This document shows positions 12,416 through 23,717 of a stretch of DNA of 64,000 nucleotides, piece after piece. Both the position numbers and the translations under genes were made by a program. The notes under the pieces were generated by a model that saw only the letters and a program-made list of their open reading frames with translations, did not search any database and was not told the origin of the DNA. Position 1 is the stretch's first letter. Every line of letters starts with the position of its first letter. This DNA comes from Sarea resinae (lineage: Eukaryota), in NCBI GenBank assembly GCA_026026165.1, contig JAPEUD010000008.1, positions 310,001 through 374,000 of the forward strand. Direction: 5' to 3'.

Positions 12416-14337
12416 TCAAAGTAGACTCGAGCTTGACTCCAGCTGGGTCCCCTCCCCAGCTCCAATAACATCTCCCTCATCCAACCAGCCTTCCCCAATG
12501 GCAAGAGCAATCAGATCGCTCGCGGACTGCATTTCCGTTTGTCTCGGTTCCAGGATCGTTTCCAGACGTTTCAGATGCTCCTTCAATCTCTCTTGGACTG
12601 ACTGGTATAGATCATCAACACTGGTTACCGTTTTCGTGTCCTCTTCTTTCTCTAGGAGCTTATAGAGGATATAATGCAGCCAAAGGAGGTTGGACCTAGG
12701 ATGATAGTCACGCCAGCTCCGTATCGTTGTCTCGGGTAGCTCTTCGTAACCTCCAGCCTCGTTGTATGGATCTTGCCAGAAAAGATCCGCGCGCATGCTA
12801 TAAAGAATAGACCGTCAATTCCTGCGTTGTTGAGAACTTCCCGGGAATATGCAACCAAGAATCCGACTTACTATCTGTAGATGTCGTACTGGTACTCTCC
12901 CTCTCCCTCGTACAGGCCACAGTCCCTTTCCAGGTCCAAATACGCTATCCGCCTTTCTTCCTCTCCATCTGCTCGAACGACGGTATCTTCCATTTCCGCA
13001 CGCGAAAGTGTATAGTCGATAAGCGTCGTCCTAGTCCCCGTGAAGTTATACTTTTTCCCTTCCAGACCGTCGGCCAATGGTCCGGGCATCTCGCTCGAGT
13101 CATCGTTCTGTTTTCTGGATTGTATGCAGATATTGCCAAGATGAAGGTCGCGATGCTATAGAGATAGATTGACGAGAATCAGCATATGAAGCCCTCATCC
13201 AAGACCCAATTGTCATCCACTTACCTCAAATCCCGCCAATTCCTCCCCCTTCGCCAGCGCCATAGCCACGCCCCAAAACACATCCCACTTCCAAAACACA
13301 TCTCCGAACGCCAGATTTTCCAAGTCTGTCCCCGCATCCTGCATCTCAATGATCGCCCAAAGCTGATCCTCACCATAATTGAACGCCTTGCTTGGGTCCG
13401 GAAAATGGCTCTTCTTCCGCTCCCTCCGGAATCGCTTCCAAGCATCCACGAATTGCGTGGCCGGCCTGCCTCGTATAACTCTCACTTCTCTGAAATTCGT
13501 AAAGCCGGGTACGGGGCTCATCCGCCGTAGTAGCTCCACCTCTGACACCACATCCGCAACCTCGCTCATAAAAGCAGCGACTTTGTTGTTTTTCTTCTTA
13601 TTCTTGGAGGATTGTGGAACCCCATCTTCGGGCGGTTTCAGCGCGATGATTTTTAGCACCGACTCGTCTGAGACATCCCAACCGCTCTTCGGGTCTGAGA
13701 ATTTGAGCCTGTAGACCTCGCCATAAGAGGCTTCCGCTATTTTGTCCACTGTGAAGTTTTGTGCGATTTCGTCAGCCCAGACTTGGAATTCCAGGGGCCC
13801 GGTGGAGTCGGCGGGATCTGAAGACAGATCGAGGAGAGGCTGCGTGTGTGCAGTGAGAGCGTCCAAGGTCAGGAGCGGAGGTTCTTCACGTTTTGTTCTG
13901 CGGGCCCGTCGTTCTCGCCGTACAGGAGACTGGCAGACGGCAGCTACTCCTAGGCCATCTTCTTGTCGTGGAGCTTGCTCTTCTATGGTTTTCTTCTTGT
14001 TGTGCTTTTTGGTTGGTGGTATCTGTTCATTGTGATTTTTCGGCCCGAGAACTCCCTTCCTCGGATCTTCCTGCTTGGTTGCATCCTCTTTATTGTCGCT
14101 CACCGGCGGTGTCTCTTTAGTGTCTTCGTGTCCTAGATCTAGATTCTCCAGGTTTTGTACGAGGGCATCCTCATCGTTGTCCCTCCGAGGCTTGCCTTGA
14201 CTCGATCCTAAGGCCTTAACCTTGACCTCGACATGTTTCGGAGCTGGCTTAGTTGGCGATGACAGATTTGCAAAGGTTGGTGATACGTAAGCTGCTGCCG
14301 TTGATCGCTTTCCATAGACCTTTGCATTTCGAGGCAT
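12416..14337 (-). CDS. Haspin-family protein kinase (3 exons)
   Basis: Disordered N-terminus; KIAEASYGEVY, VLKIIAL, FE|HRDLHLGN catalytic loop, TLIDYTLSRA (haspin DYT), YQYDIYRYMR, SNLLWLHY. Confidence 0.95.
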
Positions 14338-14808
14338 GGTGGGAATTGAGATGTGTAATTCGGATGGCGGCGAGCGGATGCCTGGGTGTCAATAAAGCAA
14401 GAACCAGTTTCTCGAGGATTTCTTGCCCACAATCTGGCGCGAGGTGGATTTGAGTTAGATTCTGCCTCGTTTAGTAGTATGGAAGGTAACGGCATGAGTC
14501 TGACGTACGGCGAACAACAGATTGCCGAAAACGATACTCGGTTGCCTGGGAGACCGGCCATTTCTGAATAGCTTCAGATCCGCGACTGCCAGAATCGCGC
14601 AACACAGAAGGTTGAGCATTGGTATACTACGGCAGGTATCGAAGTAACAGTCTTTAGATCATCAGCGTAGTTCCCCGAGGATATTTCCTTACGATCAGCT
14701 AAACTTCACGTCAATAAATGTCACGCCGTTCAAGGATAACATCATAAACTCCGTCCAGAAAAAAAGCTGGTAAAAACTATGAACAAAAAAACCCTCAAAG
14801 ATTTTATC

Positions 14809-15078
14809 AAAAAGCTCCGACTACTCTTTTGAAGAGTCGTACGAAAACCCCAATGGTGGGATTTATCTCATTAGATTTCTCAGCAGCGAGATCTCTAGTA
14901 GCGAAAGGCTTCCCATCATAAATCGGGAATTATTGGTTGGCGGAAAGGAATTATTCCTCCTGCTGGGTTCGAACACGAGCGAACGCAGTCCTCGACCGAA
15001 GTTTGATGGAGGAGAACCGCTGTCAAGCAGGCAGATAGCACCGAGTAGACCACTACGCCAACTGCACTTTCTGTATGA
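14809..15078 (-). ncRNA. Candidate RNA polymerase III transcript (~260 nt) with a tRNA-like 5' promoter region; identity unknown
   Basis: On - strand: TATATAA 15105-15099; A box TGGCGTAGTGG 15060-15050; B box GTTCGAACCC 14974-14965; T5 14813-14809 followed by T7, T5, T7; several hairpins; acceptor stem does not pair, so not a functional tRNA. Confidence 0.65.
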
Positions 15079-15538
15079 ATGAACAGTGCTATCCTAAGTT
15101 ATATAGGTTGAGCTGAGTATTCACTGTGGTCGAACTTACTACCGCCTGGAACCTCTCACAAGCATTCATAGACTACCATACGGCTCTGGGTGATTATTTG
15201 CCAAAGTCGACCATATTATAGATCGCTCAACAGTGTTTTACTTCTTTTACTTTGATTAAGTCTGTCAAAGCGATGGGCTCAGGCGAGGAAATCTTATGGA
15301 CGCAATACGATGGGCCGCACTATGGAATGACTCGCAAGGCATTGTCGAGTCAAGGCAGCTGGGGTGGGCTTGGACAGACGATTGCGCTCAGAGCAGACGA
15401 AAGAGAACGATTTACGAGTGGAGTATATTGTACAAATGGTCAATCTATGACTAGTCTCTATGCCTGGGCCGTATCCTATGCTTTGCAGTACATTACAGTT
15501 GAAACGCGTAGAAAATGAAAATAAAAGTGTTCAAGGTT

Positions 15539-18320
15539 TTATGGCGGAGAGCTCTTCTTCTCCTCTTCAAAGATTTCCTTGGCTTTCTCCTCCTTGGACT
15601 TGTCTTCCATGTACCTCTTGGCGATCACCTCATCGGCCTCTTTCATCTCTTCCACATCGTCGCCACCCTCCTCCTCTTCTTCTAGATTTTGTTCCATTTC
15701 TTCCCGTTCGGTTGGCGGTCCCCTCACTTCTGCGCTACGCGACGGATGATCAGGGACGTCACTGCCGCTCATCTGCCATTCCATCAACTTGCTAAATGCA
15801 CCATCGGGGTTCGATGACAATTCTCTGTATGTTCCCTGTTCAGCCACGCGGCCATCAGTAGAGAGTACGATGACTCGATCAGAGCGCTTGATGGTGGAGA
15901 GTCGATGAGCGATCGAGATAGTCGTGTTATGCCCTTTGAGAAGTTCAGCAAGAGCCGCGTTGACGAGCGTCTCGGACTCGGCGTCGAGGGCAGAAGTCGC
16001 TAGATAGAGAAAGGAGCGTTAGCCGGTTGGTTGAAGAACGCTAAGTACTGAGATATAGTAACGTGAGAGGGAGCTTACCTTCATCAAGGATGAGGATGTC
16101 AGGATCCTTGACAAGTGCACGCGCAATAGCTATTCGCTGCTTCTGGCCACCAGAGAGCTGAGTCCCACGCGGCCCTACGTGAGTGTCGAGGCCATCAGGC
16201 TGTAATCAGACTGGTCAGCAATTTGATGGAGAAAGTATTGGAGAGAGAGACTTACGAAGTCACTGATGAACTGGCAATTTGCCTTGCGAGCTGCCAATAT
16301 AATCTCAGAGCGTGTAGCCAAAGGCTTTGCGTAGGCAATGTTCTCGGCAATGGTGCCCGAAAATAGTACAGGCTCTTGAGCAACGAGACCAATCTTTCTG
16401 CGCAGTGACTTGACATTCATCTTGGCAATATCTTGACCATTAATCTTGATGGAGCCTGCGCTCGGATTGTAGAATCGAAGCATTAGTTGCGCGATGGTCG
16501 ACTTTCCTCCTCCGCTGGGGCCTACGATGGCTACGTTGGTACCTTGCGGTATCTCGAATGTAAGGTTTTCGAAGATCGTAACCGCGGGCCGGGTAGGATA
16601 GCTGAACTTCACGTTCTCGAAGGTGATCGGGCCACGGGCTGACTTGACTTGTTGTCCGACTGTCGCTGCAATGGTCGGTTGTCGATCCTGCAGCTCAAAG
16701 AGACGGCTGGCAGCGCCCACACCCTTCATCAACTCGGAATAGAAACTTGACAGTCCGACAAGACTGGATCCGGCATAAGCTGTGTACATCATAAAGGATG
16801 ATAGGTCTCCGATACTGATAGCCCCAGATTTGACCATTGAACCACCCACGTAAAGGAGGGCCAGTATGGTCATGTTCCCCATCAGCCCTGTCTGCATACT
16901 AATTAGCCTCAAGAACGGAGTCTAAAGCTTGACTCTACATACCGAGCTGAAGAAGGTAGCGCTGATCAGAGCTTCTCTTACTCCCAGATTGAAGATCTTT
17001 CGGACTTGAGTGTTGTATCTATGCACTTCCAGCACTTCGCCGGCAAAGGCCTGACTGGTTCGCACATTGCCGAGACGCTCTTCCGCAATTTTGGTCAGAG
17101 TACCAAGATTCTTCTGGATCTTGCGACTTAGGTTCCGAATAGCCCTTCCGTACAAGAACGCACCAATAGCTACCGGTGGGAATAGCAAAGTGAGTACTCC
17201 CGTAAGCTTCAAGCTCACGTATGCCATCATTCCAAACCCAGCTCCTCCACTCACTAGAGCCCGAAGGCCGTCAGAGAGGTTTTGGGTGATACTCTTTCCG
17301 ACGATGATCGTATCGGAACCAAGCCGCGAGATAAGGTCGCCGACCCTGTTGGCGTCGAAGAACTCTGCGTCTTGAACATACGTCTTGCGGAAGAGAGATG
17401 ACCGTAGTCGGGTGACTATTCTTTCGCCCACCAGCCGGAGAATGATGATACGACCATAATTTGCGCCAGCGCCCAGGGTAAGGACCTTTTTCAATTTTAG
17501 CCACTGGGCCAAACCGACTTGTAAGAGACACTCACTCCTGCCAAAGCTATGTAAAATGTTGAAAGATCTAGACCAAAGAGCTGATCGGTGCCCGATTCAG
17601 CCTTTGTTGCGATGTCGATGATCCTTCCAATGGAAAAGCTGCTTCTCTCAGCACTGTTGAAAGACGGCAAGATTGAGAGAACTCACGGTATTGACATGGT
17701 AATCGAAGATGAAATCAATAGAAAAACAAATGCCCCTAGAAGGATCCGAATTAGCAACTCTTCGTGAGCGGCGCCGACGTTCGCCCAGGGCCATGGTGCC
17801 AACCTCCAAGCCATTTTGCCTCTGGCCTCGCAATCTTGAGAAGCCTCCAAATCTCCGATACGCCCGGCTTTGCTGCCTGCTTATCCTTGTGCAGCCTGGC
17901 GCTCAAGTTCACTTGCGCCGCCTGCGTTGCTTTCTCGGACCGAGCGAACCCCCGCTCTCCATGATCCGCTGGCTGCGTCACCTCCGTCTTTTCTTTTCCG
18001 GGTCTCGATTGCGCTTCTCGTAAAGCTCGGGTGGTGGTGATGATACGGCGCTGCACCCGGGCAGCTGACCTGTGATATGAGGGCCATTGTGGTTGTGAGA
18101 GGCGGATCGGAGTATGATTCAAGGTTTGCCGAGAGAAGATGCTGGACGGCGATGGGTTCGAAGAGGTGGACAGGAATTGCTTGGCAGCAGCACTAGATGC
18201 TAGAATTGATCGTACCGAATGCGGTCTCGAGGGAAGAGTGCGTGAAGTGGAGAGGAGAAAGGCCGAGCCAGCCATGGAAGCTATGCCGGCTTGCTGACCG
18301 AGCAGCGTTGAGGCGCGCAT
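15539..18320 (-). CDS. MDL1: Mitochondrial ABCB half-transporter, Mdl1/ABCB10 type (7 exons)
   Basis: Arg/Ser-rich presequence; [32 protein letters not shown], Walker A GPSGGGKS, signature [38 protein letters not shown]. Confidence 0.93.
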
Positions 18321-18997
18321 GGCGCCGACTCAAGCGGCGGGCAACTTTTCTCCAGGGGCACGAGACGGCTGTAAGACTACCGGCGCAGCAAGGACTGGGA
18401 ATGAATTCGTCGAATAGGCATATTCACCGAGAAAGAGACATGGGCGATAGATGGAGAGAAGATGAGGAGGAGAGGTCGAGGTGAATGCAATGATGGCGAA
18501 TAGAGTAGGTGGAATAGCTGCGAGCCCGGAGGACTAGAACCTCATGACTGCGGTGACTGCACAATGGCGGATTACGGGTCGGCACAAGTTCACAGTTGGA
18601 AGCCAATTCCTCCGATACCGATGATGACGTGAGTCCGCCCTCTCCAGCGTAAGGAAACCCTAACAGCCCTCGAGGTTCTCCTGGCTCTGCAACCGTACGA
18701 TGTCAAGGCACAATGGATGGTCATCGATCGTGATACAGATGAAAAGCTTCAATTCTTGACCGTCATCGCCTTTTCTTTCATGCGCCTGGCGTAACGAAAT
18801 AGTGCGAGAGCAGCCCCGGTGTTGGTACAGTGCAGAAACAGAGAGAAGAGGACCGTAGAGGGGTCTCCCCGACCAACGAACCCCACCGTAATCCATCTAT
18901 CCCTCGAGTCGAGACGTCAAAGTCAACATCCCACTCCACCATATGACCCTCCAAACCATCCGCCATTTGGAACCTCATCATCACGATTGTCATCATC

Positions 18998-20816
18998 ATG
19001 GCCATCAACTACTCAAAATGGGTATGGAACTCTCAATCAGCAGCAGGCTTAGAGGCTAACAGGCGATAATGGCACAGGACAACCTCGAGCTCAGCGACGA
19101 CTCGGACATCGAGGTGCACCCCAACGTCGACAAGCGCTCCTTCATCCGCGCCAAGCAGACGCAGATCCATCAGGAACGCCTGGAGCGGCGCCATAAGATT
19201 GACACGCTGAAGTACGAACGCATCATCAACGACGGCCTGCTCGTGCGCATCGACCATCTGCTCTCGTCGCTGCGCGCGCACGAGGACAGCTCGACTACGC
19301 GCAACCCGGACGAGCTGGTCTTCCAGTCGCTGATCGAGTCGTCGGGCGACGCCGCCAACGACAAGCCGCCGCCGCCACCGGAGAACGTGCACGCCGAGGC
19401 GCTCGAGGCCACGCCGTCGTACTCGAAGATCATGGCCACGCTGGTCGACCAGGTCAAGAAGGAGGTCGACGCCTCGGCGCCGGAGAACCGCTACCACGAG
19501 TACATCAAGCAGATCCGCAGCCACCAGAAGAAAGTCCAGGATCTGCAGAAGCAGCTGCTTGAGAAGCTGGCCGAGCTCGAGAAAGAGGAGGCGCGCAAAA
19601 TCACCAGCGATAACTTGCATACCGGCTTCGACAGCTCGTTCGTCGCGAAGACGGCGGACAACAAGGCGGACGGGCCCAAGGCGCACTCGGTCGAGCTGCT
19701 CAATCCAGCAGCAGGAAAAGCAGGAGCGGCAGGCAAGCCGGACAGTCTCAAACGCAGCGATAGCGCCATCTCGTCGGGCGCCGAAGCGGACATCGAGGAG
19801 GAAGCCGACGAGGCCGGACACGACGAGGACGAGCATATCGAGCCGACGAAGCTGGGCAAGGAGTTCGCCGAGATCAAAGCGGGCGACTACCGTGCCTGTC
19901 TGCAGTACATCTCGGAGCATCCGAAAGTTGTCGCCGAGCGCGAGACGGACGGGCTTTTGATCAAGGCCTTTGACAGCCAGCTCAAAGGCAAGGAGGAGTA
20001 TGCGCGCCAGTGCGTCCATCAGGCGCTGCTGCTGCAGTACTGTCGCTCGCTCGGCCGCGACGGCGTTGGCCTCTTCTTCAAGCGCATCACGACGCCGCAC
20101 CACCAGGCGCAGAAGGTCTTCACGGACGACGTCAACAGCACGTACGCGCGGATCCGCACGCGGGCGACGGAGATTGCGAAAGAGCGGGCCGCCGAGGCAA
20201 ATAGTAACGGCGGCACTGCAGAGGGCGGTGTCGAGCAGATCCAACTGCACGCCGTCGACCCCAACACGACCATCAACATCAACGTGCCGGAGCCCGGCAG
20301 CAGCGACGCCAGCGAGCAGCATGCCCGCCAGATCTTTGAAACGTTCCCGCCGGGTCTGCAGCGCGCTCTCGAGAGTGGCAGTCTGGACGAGGTCAACAAG
20401 TGTCTAGGCAAGATGAGCGTGGATGAGGCCGAGGAGGTTGTGGGCCAATTGGGCGAGGTGAGTGTTCATGTATTTCTGGTGTTAATGCTGCTTTCTACCT
20501 TCACGTCCCTTCCCTACACTACACGTCATGAGTCTATTTCCCCTATATTTTCCCAATTTCACTCCGCTCGTTCACTGCTCTCTACACCAAACTACCCTCC
20601 ACCACCCTCCAACACCCTCAAAACCTCTCCGCTAACCATTCTCCACAAAAAATTCAGGGGGGGATGTTATCGCTCGAAGAGCAGATCATCGACGCAACGA
20701 CGGCAGAAGGCCAAGCCGCGCTCAAAGAGATCGAAGAGAGTCAAGCGCATGGGAAGGGGAAAGAAATAGGCGGCGACGCCGAGGTCGTGCCACAGCTATC
20801 CGAAGACCCGGAGTAG
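18998..20816 (+). CDS. CDC37: Hsp90 kinase co-chaperone Cdc37 (exons 18998-19021, 19078-20457, 20658-20816)
   Basis: MAINYSKW|DNLELSDDSDIEVHPNVDKRSFIRAKQ signature; HQALLLQYC, GVEQIQLH, FETFPPGLQRALESGSLDEVN. Confidence 0.98.
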
Positions 20817-21003
20817 AGTCGAGTCGAGGGGATGAGAGTAGCGTAGATCAGAGTGGTAGAATGCGGGGTCTTTCAGTCACTCTTGCGGGTCATTTCTTCC
20901 GCCAGCGTTAGCAGTATTGCCCCGCCAGTGTTGCGAATTCATGTCCTGCGAAGCCATGCCCCGTCTATCTCCTCCCATCGCGAGTCCGTCTCAGTGTCAG
21001 AAT

Positions 21004-21076
21004 CACTCACTCACTCACTCACTCACTCACTCACTCACTCACTCACTCACTCACTCACTCACTCACTCACTCACTC
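21004..21076 (+). repeat. (CACT)n microsatellite, ~18 units
   Basis: Uninterrupted cactcactcact... run. Confidence 0.97.
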
Positions 21077-22232
21077 CGTCAATCTACCTCATGCTCCCCC
21101 CAGGAAAATGATAAATGATCGGAAGGAACTCAGCCAGAGCCTAGCCAGAGATTGATCGTGTGGTCGTGTGGGCGTGTGCTCGTGAAGGGCGGGTAGGTGG
21201 GTCAAGTGGGTGGATGGATGGGTGGGTGGGAAAAGTAGCATGTTATATTATAGCATATCATATTATAGCGTTTTATATCCAGACCGTCCTTGCGATACTC
21301 TATCTACTGTATCTACCGTACTAGACACAGACCAGACCAGACACAGATCAGACCCGACCCGACCCGACCAGACGGTCTAGACCAGACCAGACCAGTCCAG
21401 ACCAGACTTTTATACCTTACTATAGATGAATAGGTAAAGTAGGTAAGGTAGATAGATGTGGATTTACACGGTAGAAGAGCCTCCTACACAAGGCAGTGAT
21501 GAGAACGAGAAGACTAAGAGATATCTACATCTATAACTCCATCTAGATCTATATCTATGCCTATCTATATACAGCTTTCAGAGAGAAGAGAGAAGAGAGA
21601 GAGAGAGAGGCAAAGAGAGTGGCAAAGAGACTCAACCCCCATCCAGCTCCAAAGTATTCGATCCATCAATCCATCACTCACTTATTCGCTCGGCGCATTG
21701 ATTTCTCTATATGTCTCATTCATTTGTTTGATTGATTGATCATTGACTATCTAACTAACCCCATCGCTTTCGCTATCGCTATCCCTATCCCTATCCCATG
21801 CCAACCCTATGCCCTTTTCAAGCAGATCTCAGCAAGAAAGCCTTTGGCCAAGTGTGCTAGATAGAAGAAACGCCTCGAGCACCGTCATCCCATCCCGTCT
21901 GGATCCCAGATCAAATATCCACACGCATGGCCATGGGTGCCCATGGCTCGATTCGTTCGTTCGTTTGTTCGTTCGTCCGTCATGACATCGGCTTTTCTAT
22001 TCCAGCCCATCTCATTCCCCTCATCTCGTTCGTGTCTTCGCACGCATCGATCATGCAGGCGACTTGTCAAATTCCCCATATCATGACCACGATTGCCCAC
22101 GCATCCCTTTCCTTTGGTTTCCTTTCCTTGCCTCCCCTTCGCTCTCACACGTATCGGCTTTCTTTCTGTATTTTTCTCTCCTCTCGCTTTTCTTATCGTC
22201 TTGGGTCGATGACTTTATCAAAGCAAAGACAA

Positions 22233-23717
22233 TCACGACCGAGCCGTGCCCGTCTCGCCCTCGCTATCGCTCAGACTATCACGTCTCATGCGTCCGCCGC
22301 CACGGCGATAGCCCCTCAGTTCGGCCCTCCGACTGCGCTCATCCTGGTACCGGCTCTCACTCCTCTCACTGCGCTCGCTCCTCTCAGTCCGGGTCTTGGG
22401 AGGAGGAGGCGCCGCCGCAGAGGCACCCACGACGGCACTACCTGCATCTCCCGCCGAACTCGTCAGGCCAGGGATGACGTGATGATAACTCTTGGTGCCG
22501 AGATCCGAGTCGTCGCCGGTGAGATACGAGCCCTGGCTCAGCGTGTCCGTGTAGGTGTACGTGCCCGTGGAAGAGGGGGCGTATTTGCGAGGACTAGACT
22601 GGCGACTGCCGCGCGTGGGACTGTCGTGATAGTGGCTGCGGTCGCGCTGATGCTGATGATGCGGACTGCTGCTGTGCGGACGGTGTGAATGACGGGTAGG
22701 AGGCGCGCTTCCGTAGCTGTATTCGCTCTGGGGAGGAGTCTGGTGGTGCAAGAAGCGGCGCTCGGACGAATAGCTGGCCGTTTCGTCGGCGGCTGAGACG
22801 TTGGTGGCGGTGTCGTCACCCTGTGTGAACGAATAGGCCGTGCTCGGTTGTCTGCCACGGTTGGCTTCTTTCTTGGTGACGTTGGACTCGCCGAGCCCGG
22901 CCTTCTTGCCCTTGTCTTTCTTTTCCATAAAGTGGAGGAGGCCGCCATTGAGGAAGCCGCCATTGAGGAAGCCACCTTTCTTATTCTGCGCCGGAGCTTT
23001 CTTTGGGGTCTCCTTCGTAGTCTTCTTCGCAGTCTTCTTCGGAGCTTTCTTCTGCGCCTTCTTCTGCGCCTTCTTCTTGGCCGGTTTCTCGCTCATGATC
23101 TCCGATCGATCAGTGTTGGTGTGGTCGTAATAACTCCCGTCTGGCTTGCGATTGAGGCCGCCGACTCTGGCCGGCTTCTCATGCCGGTACTCGCGCACAT
23201 CATCATCGCGGCCCATGGTCCTAGTACCCACAATGTCCTCCTGATCGTAGTCGCCCTGAACACTGATGCCTCCTAGATCGGTCGACTTGGTCGCATTGCT
23301 CAGCGTCTTGCCATCAGGGCCCTTGCGCCTCAGTACAGTCGACTTGTAGTCGTCCCAATCACCCTTGCGAAAGACAAACCCACCATGCTTGGCCCTGAAG
23401 AAGAACCAAAGACTAGCGACGACAAGGGCGGCGCCAATGATGGCGAAAAAGGCAAAGTAGACGCGATTATTGACCGAGGCGGGGTTGACAGTGCCTTTGC
23501 CGTGTACAAATGTTGTTGTCGACTTGGCCACATCTCGACGTCGGGATGCAGCATTGATATCCAGTGGAGATGTTGGAGCAACAATATCTCGTTTGAGGAG
23601 GTCAAGGCGACCGGTTGACTCGAGAGTCTTGCGTGCTTTGTGACAGGCGCTCAGAAGCAGAGATGAGATGCTGCCGCTGGTAGGGCGGGAGCGATCGGAG
23701 ATGGGGAGGGGTGCCAT
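22233..23717 (-). CDS. Conserved-looking fungal single-pass membrane protein with a disordered Lys/Arg/Ser-rich cytosolic tail
   Basis: 494-aa ORF; TM VYFAFFAIIGAALVVASLWFFF followed by GGFVFRKGDWDDYKSTVLRRKGPDGKTLSNATKSTDLG, which I recall from Pezizomycotina hypothetical proteins; probable 5'UTR intron starting at 23820 (GTAAGT..CTGAC..AG). Confidence 0.85.
   Translation of the reverse strand: MAPLPISDRSRPTSGSISSLLLSACHKARKTLESTGRLDLLKRDIVAPTSPLDINAASRRRDVAKSTTTFVHGKGTVNPASVNNRVYFAFFAIIGAALVVASLWFFFRAKHGGFVFRKGDWDDYKSTVLRRKGPDGKTLSNATKSTDLGGISVQGDYDQEDIVGTRTMGRDDDVREYRHEKPARVGGLNRKPDGSYYDHTNTDRSEIMSEKPAKKKAQKKAQKKAPKKTAKKTTKETPKKAPAQNKKGGFLNGGFLNGGLLHFMEKKDKGKKAGLGESNVTKKEANRGRQPSTAYSFTQGDDTATNVSAADETASYSSERRFLHHQTPPQSEYSYGSAPPTRHSHRPHSSSPHHQHQRDRSHYHDSPTRGSRQSSPRKYAPSSTGTYTYTDTLSQGSYLTGDDSDLGTKSYHHVIPGLTSSAGDAGSAVVGASAAAPPPPKTRTERSERSERSESRYQDERSRRAELRGYRRGGGRMRRDSLSDSEGETGTARS

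Noticed and set aside
14870..14910. U5 snRNA-like stretch CTTTCGCTACTAGAGATCTC
   Set aside because: It lacks the invariant loop-1 GCCTTTTAC and its closing stem
14955..15067. Functional tRNA (with intron) or tRNA-Sec
   Set aside because: There is no 3' partner for the acceptor strand, and the D and T stems do not pair. The downstream CTTCAAA at ~14835 sits in a hairpin that does not form an anticodon arm and has no T arm.
19033..20322. 429-aa antisense ORF over CDC37
   Set aside because: Shadow ORF produced by GC3-biased codons; no independent protein features
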